Below are positions 61,843 to 64,000 of a stretch of 64,000 nucleotides of DNA, piece after piece. The stretch covers positions 186,001 to 250,000 of the forward strand of contig DF236961.1 in assembly GCA_000708835.1 (NCBI GenBank), read 5' to 3'. The DNA comes from Klebsormidium nitens. Lineage: Eukaryota > Plantae > Klebsormidiophyceae. Under the pieces are notes generated by a model. That model worked only from the letters and a program-made list of their open reading frames with translations, did no database searches and was not told the DNA's origin. Within the stretch, counting starts at the first letter, position 1. Each line of letters begins with the position of its first letter. The translations under genes were made by a program, and so were the position numbers.

Positions 61843-64000
61843 ATGGCGCCCTCTGCAGATGAATGGAAGGCCAAGGGCAATGCAGCATTCTCTGCAGGGC
61901 GGTATCAGGAGGGGATTGATGCATTCTCAGAAGCAATTAAACTCGCTCCCACCAATCATGTGCTATACAGCAACCGGTCCGCGTGTTATGCCAGCCTGAA
62001 AGATTATGACGCAGCACTTGCGGATGCCAACAAGACGGTGGAATTGAAGGGTGATTGGCCAAAGGTAAGATTTTTGGTCTTTACAATACACAAGTTCCTG
62101 CAGATCTTGTCAATGTTGTGAATGAGATTGTAAGTTGTTTCTAAGTGTGAAGTCTATGAAATATGCTGGACTAGGTCCATTGATCCATTCACTTTGTTAC
62201 AAAACTCAGAAAACACCACCATCCACCACTTAGACTTAGTATCCTGCCACCAAATCTCTGGGCACTAATGAGATCGCTGCTTATGTAGGTTGAGGTTAAG
62301 AAAGCAGCACAACGTTTCAGCACAACCAAACTTGTTCAGTTTTATGTAATTCTTAGGTCCATCTCCAAGCACTACCTGTGGAAGTTTTCTGCGGCGACGA
62401 TCCAAATGAAGCATGGAACAGACTGGAGTTCTTACGTAATGCTGCCAATTAGGAAAGCTTGAGCTCTGCTGAACCGAACAGCAAGTTAATAAGATTTCAA
62501 CTTCACCAAATAAGCACAGTCCAAATCGATAGTCAAGTCGAATGGTGGTATAATGTGGTAATTGGTAATGGTGGCCCTAAACTTGCGCAGCTTCAAGGCG
62601 CTGCAGGCCATTTATTGCAAGGCATTAGCATCCTGCCCATCTTTGAGTCTAAGGTGCTGGTGCTGCTTTGTAGAGCCGTTCTCTGGCCTCTTCGCACATT
62701 GAGCCAATTGTGCAAGCCCTCCAATGCATGATCTCCTTGACATTGTCTTTCGTCAGACATTGATTGCAATCTCCTTGTGGTCACAGGGGTACAGCCGGCA
62801 AGGCAGTGCATACATGGGACTGCAGAAGTACGATGAAGCGATCAAAGCGTTCGAGAATGGCCTCAAAGTGGACCCCAACAACGAGGTTCTAAAAGAAGGT
62901 AATATGAGATATAGGCCAGAAAGCCGCGAGATCTACATGTAATTGCGAGTTGTGTAGGTGCAGGGCTCTCACCTTGCATCATTTATTGATGGTTTCCGAT
63001 TGGACTTGTGAATGCAGGATGACCAAGGGGGGAGCAAATATGTAGCGAAGAATCACAAGCAACTATGAAGCTACATGTCGTTCTGGCCGTATGATGTTCA
63101 AGAGCGGTCTCGCTGCCCTTCGTTGAGAAGCAGGCCATTTCATTCTGTGATCATCCTTCAAGCCTGGCTTTTACAAGTCATAAAGTATGCAGATCTTTCT
63201 TCGATGCTCCTGTGGTTCATCTCATGATCCGTGGAGGAACTGGTGCATGGACCTTTTTGATGAGAGACTGGAAAAAAGTCACTTTTGGTCTACCTATTTG
63301 AAACCCCGTTCCAGGTAGAAGTTGAGGCTGTGATTGAAGCAAGTGTAGCAGTCTAGCAGCGCGACGACTTGGCCCAACAGAGCTGACTTCCGATTTGATG
63401 TTTGCCAAGCTTATGTTTGTGTCACAAATTAGGTCAGCAGTCTTGCAGGCCTGGCGAATGTAAGGGAACGAGACGCCTCAATCAGGGTACCACTTTCCCT
63501 CCCCTTTGTTGGCAGTGGATTCGCCCAACCCTCAGGACTGGAAGATGCACAGAGCTCAATGCTTACTTCACTCTCAAGATCCGTTCTGAGCAAGGCCTGG
63601 GCGCTTTCGCAGGCCTCGAGGATGCACGGGATCAGAAGGATCAAGCCGAAGGGAAGGGCGGCATGTCCGGGCTCTTCTCCACCCCGGAAGCGCTCATGAA
63701 GCTCCACAGCGACCCCCGCACGCGCGCCTTCATGTCGCAGCCAGACTTCCTGCAGAAGCTGGCCGCGATCCAGAAAAATCCAGCGCTTTTCAACGTGTAT
63801 CTGCAACAGGTGAGCGTGAGCGTGACCTTTGCGCTTTGACGCAAGACATAACGCTGCGAGCAAGTGGGTCAACCCACTGCCAAAAGCGGAGGGTTTGAGG
63901 TTTGGAAGCATCTGAGTGCTATGTTGACGTGTCCTATTGGGTTGCTGGTGATTGCAATGAAAACCAGGGCTCTAGATCCATGGTGGATGATGTGGGCTCT
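61843..64000 (+). CDS. HOP: Hsp70-Hsp90 organizing protein (STI1/HOP), 5' part; gene continues beyond the window
   Basis: Exons 61843-62064 (KAKGNAAFS..NHVLYSNRSACYASL..KGDWPK), 62787-62898 (GYSRQGSA..GLKVDPNNEVLKEG) and 63613-63809 (DP1: DPRTRAFMSQPDF..IQKNP), in phase; TPR1 plus DP1 architecture. Confidence 0.92.

Noticed and set aside
1-64000. tRNA, rRNA, snoRNA or prokaryotic/HGT segments
   Set aside because: No cloverleaf, rRNA core or paired C/D boxes were recognised, and all recognisable genes have spliceosomal introns. A covariance-model scan was not run.

Overview
Intron-rich eukaryotic nuclear DNA, most consistent with a streptophyte green alga. A Klebsormidium-like source is inferred from the gene set (RLK/Pelle kinase, LRL bHLH, pectate lyase and a ciliary SHIPPO-repeat gene together) and is not proven. 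Nine genes were reconstructed by hand from splice sites and translation. Three are LRL-type (bHLH XI) paralogues on the minus strand (1-3749 partial, 26974-33751, 55123-60767). The others are eRF3/SUP35 (4671-13727) with a Sup35-like Q/G/Y N-domain, a receptor-like kinase with an unusual Cys-rich ectodomain and a 1-nt frameshift (16067-23281), dephospho-CoA kinase (36307-40003), a PL1 pectate lyase (42863-46853), an STPG/SHIPPO-repeat protein (50168-53946) and HOP/STI1 (61843 to the window end). Two adjacent MITE-like elements and small dispersed repeats are also present. The most striking signal is a recurrent class of intronic 'exon echoes': tandem arrays of decaying copies of a splice junction plus the adjacent exon edge. 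Acceptor copies lie upstream of the functional exon and donor copies downstream. They occur in at least three unrelated genes (eRF3 at four junctions, pectate lyase, LRL copy 3) and possibly in HOP. No rRNA, tRNA or CRISPR features were recognised. No searches or alignments were run; all similarity statements come from manual reading.
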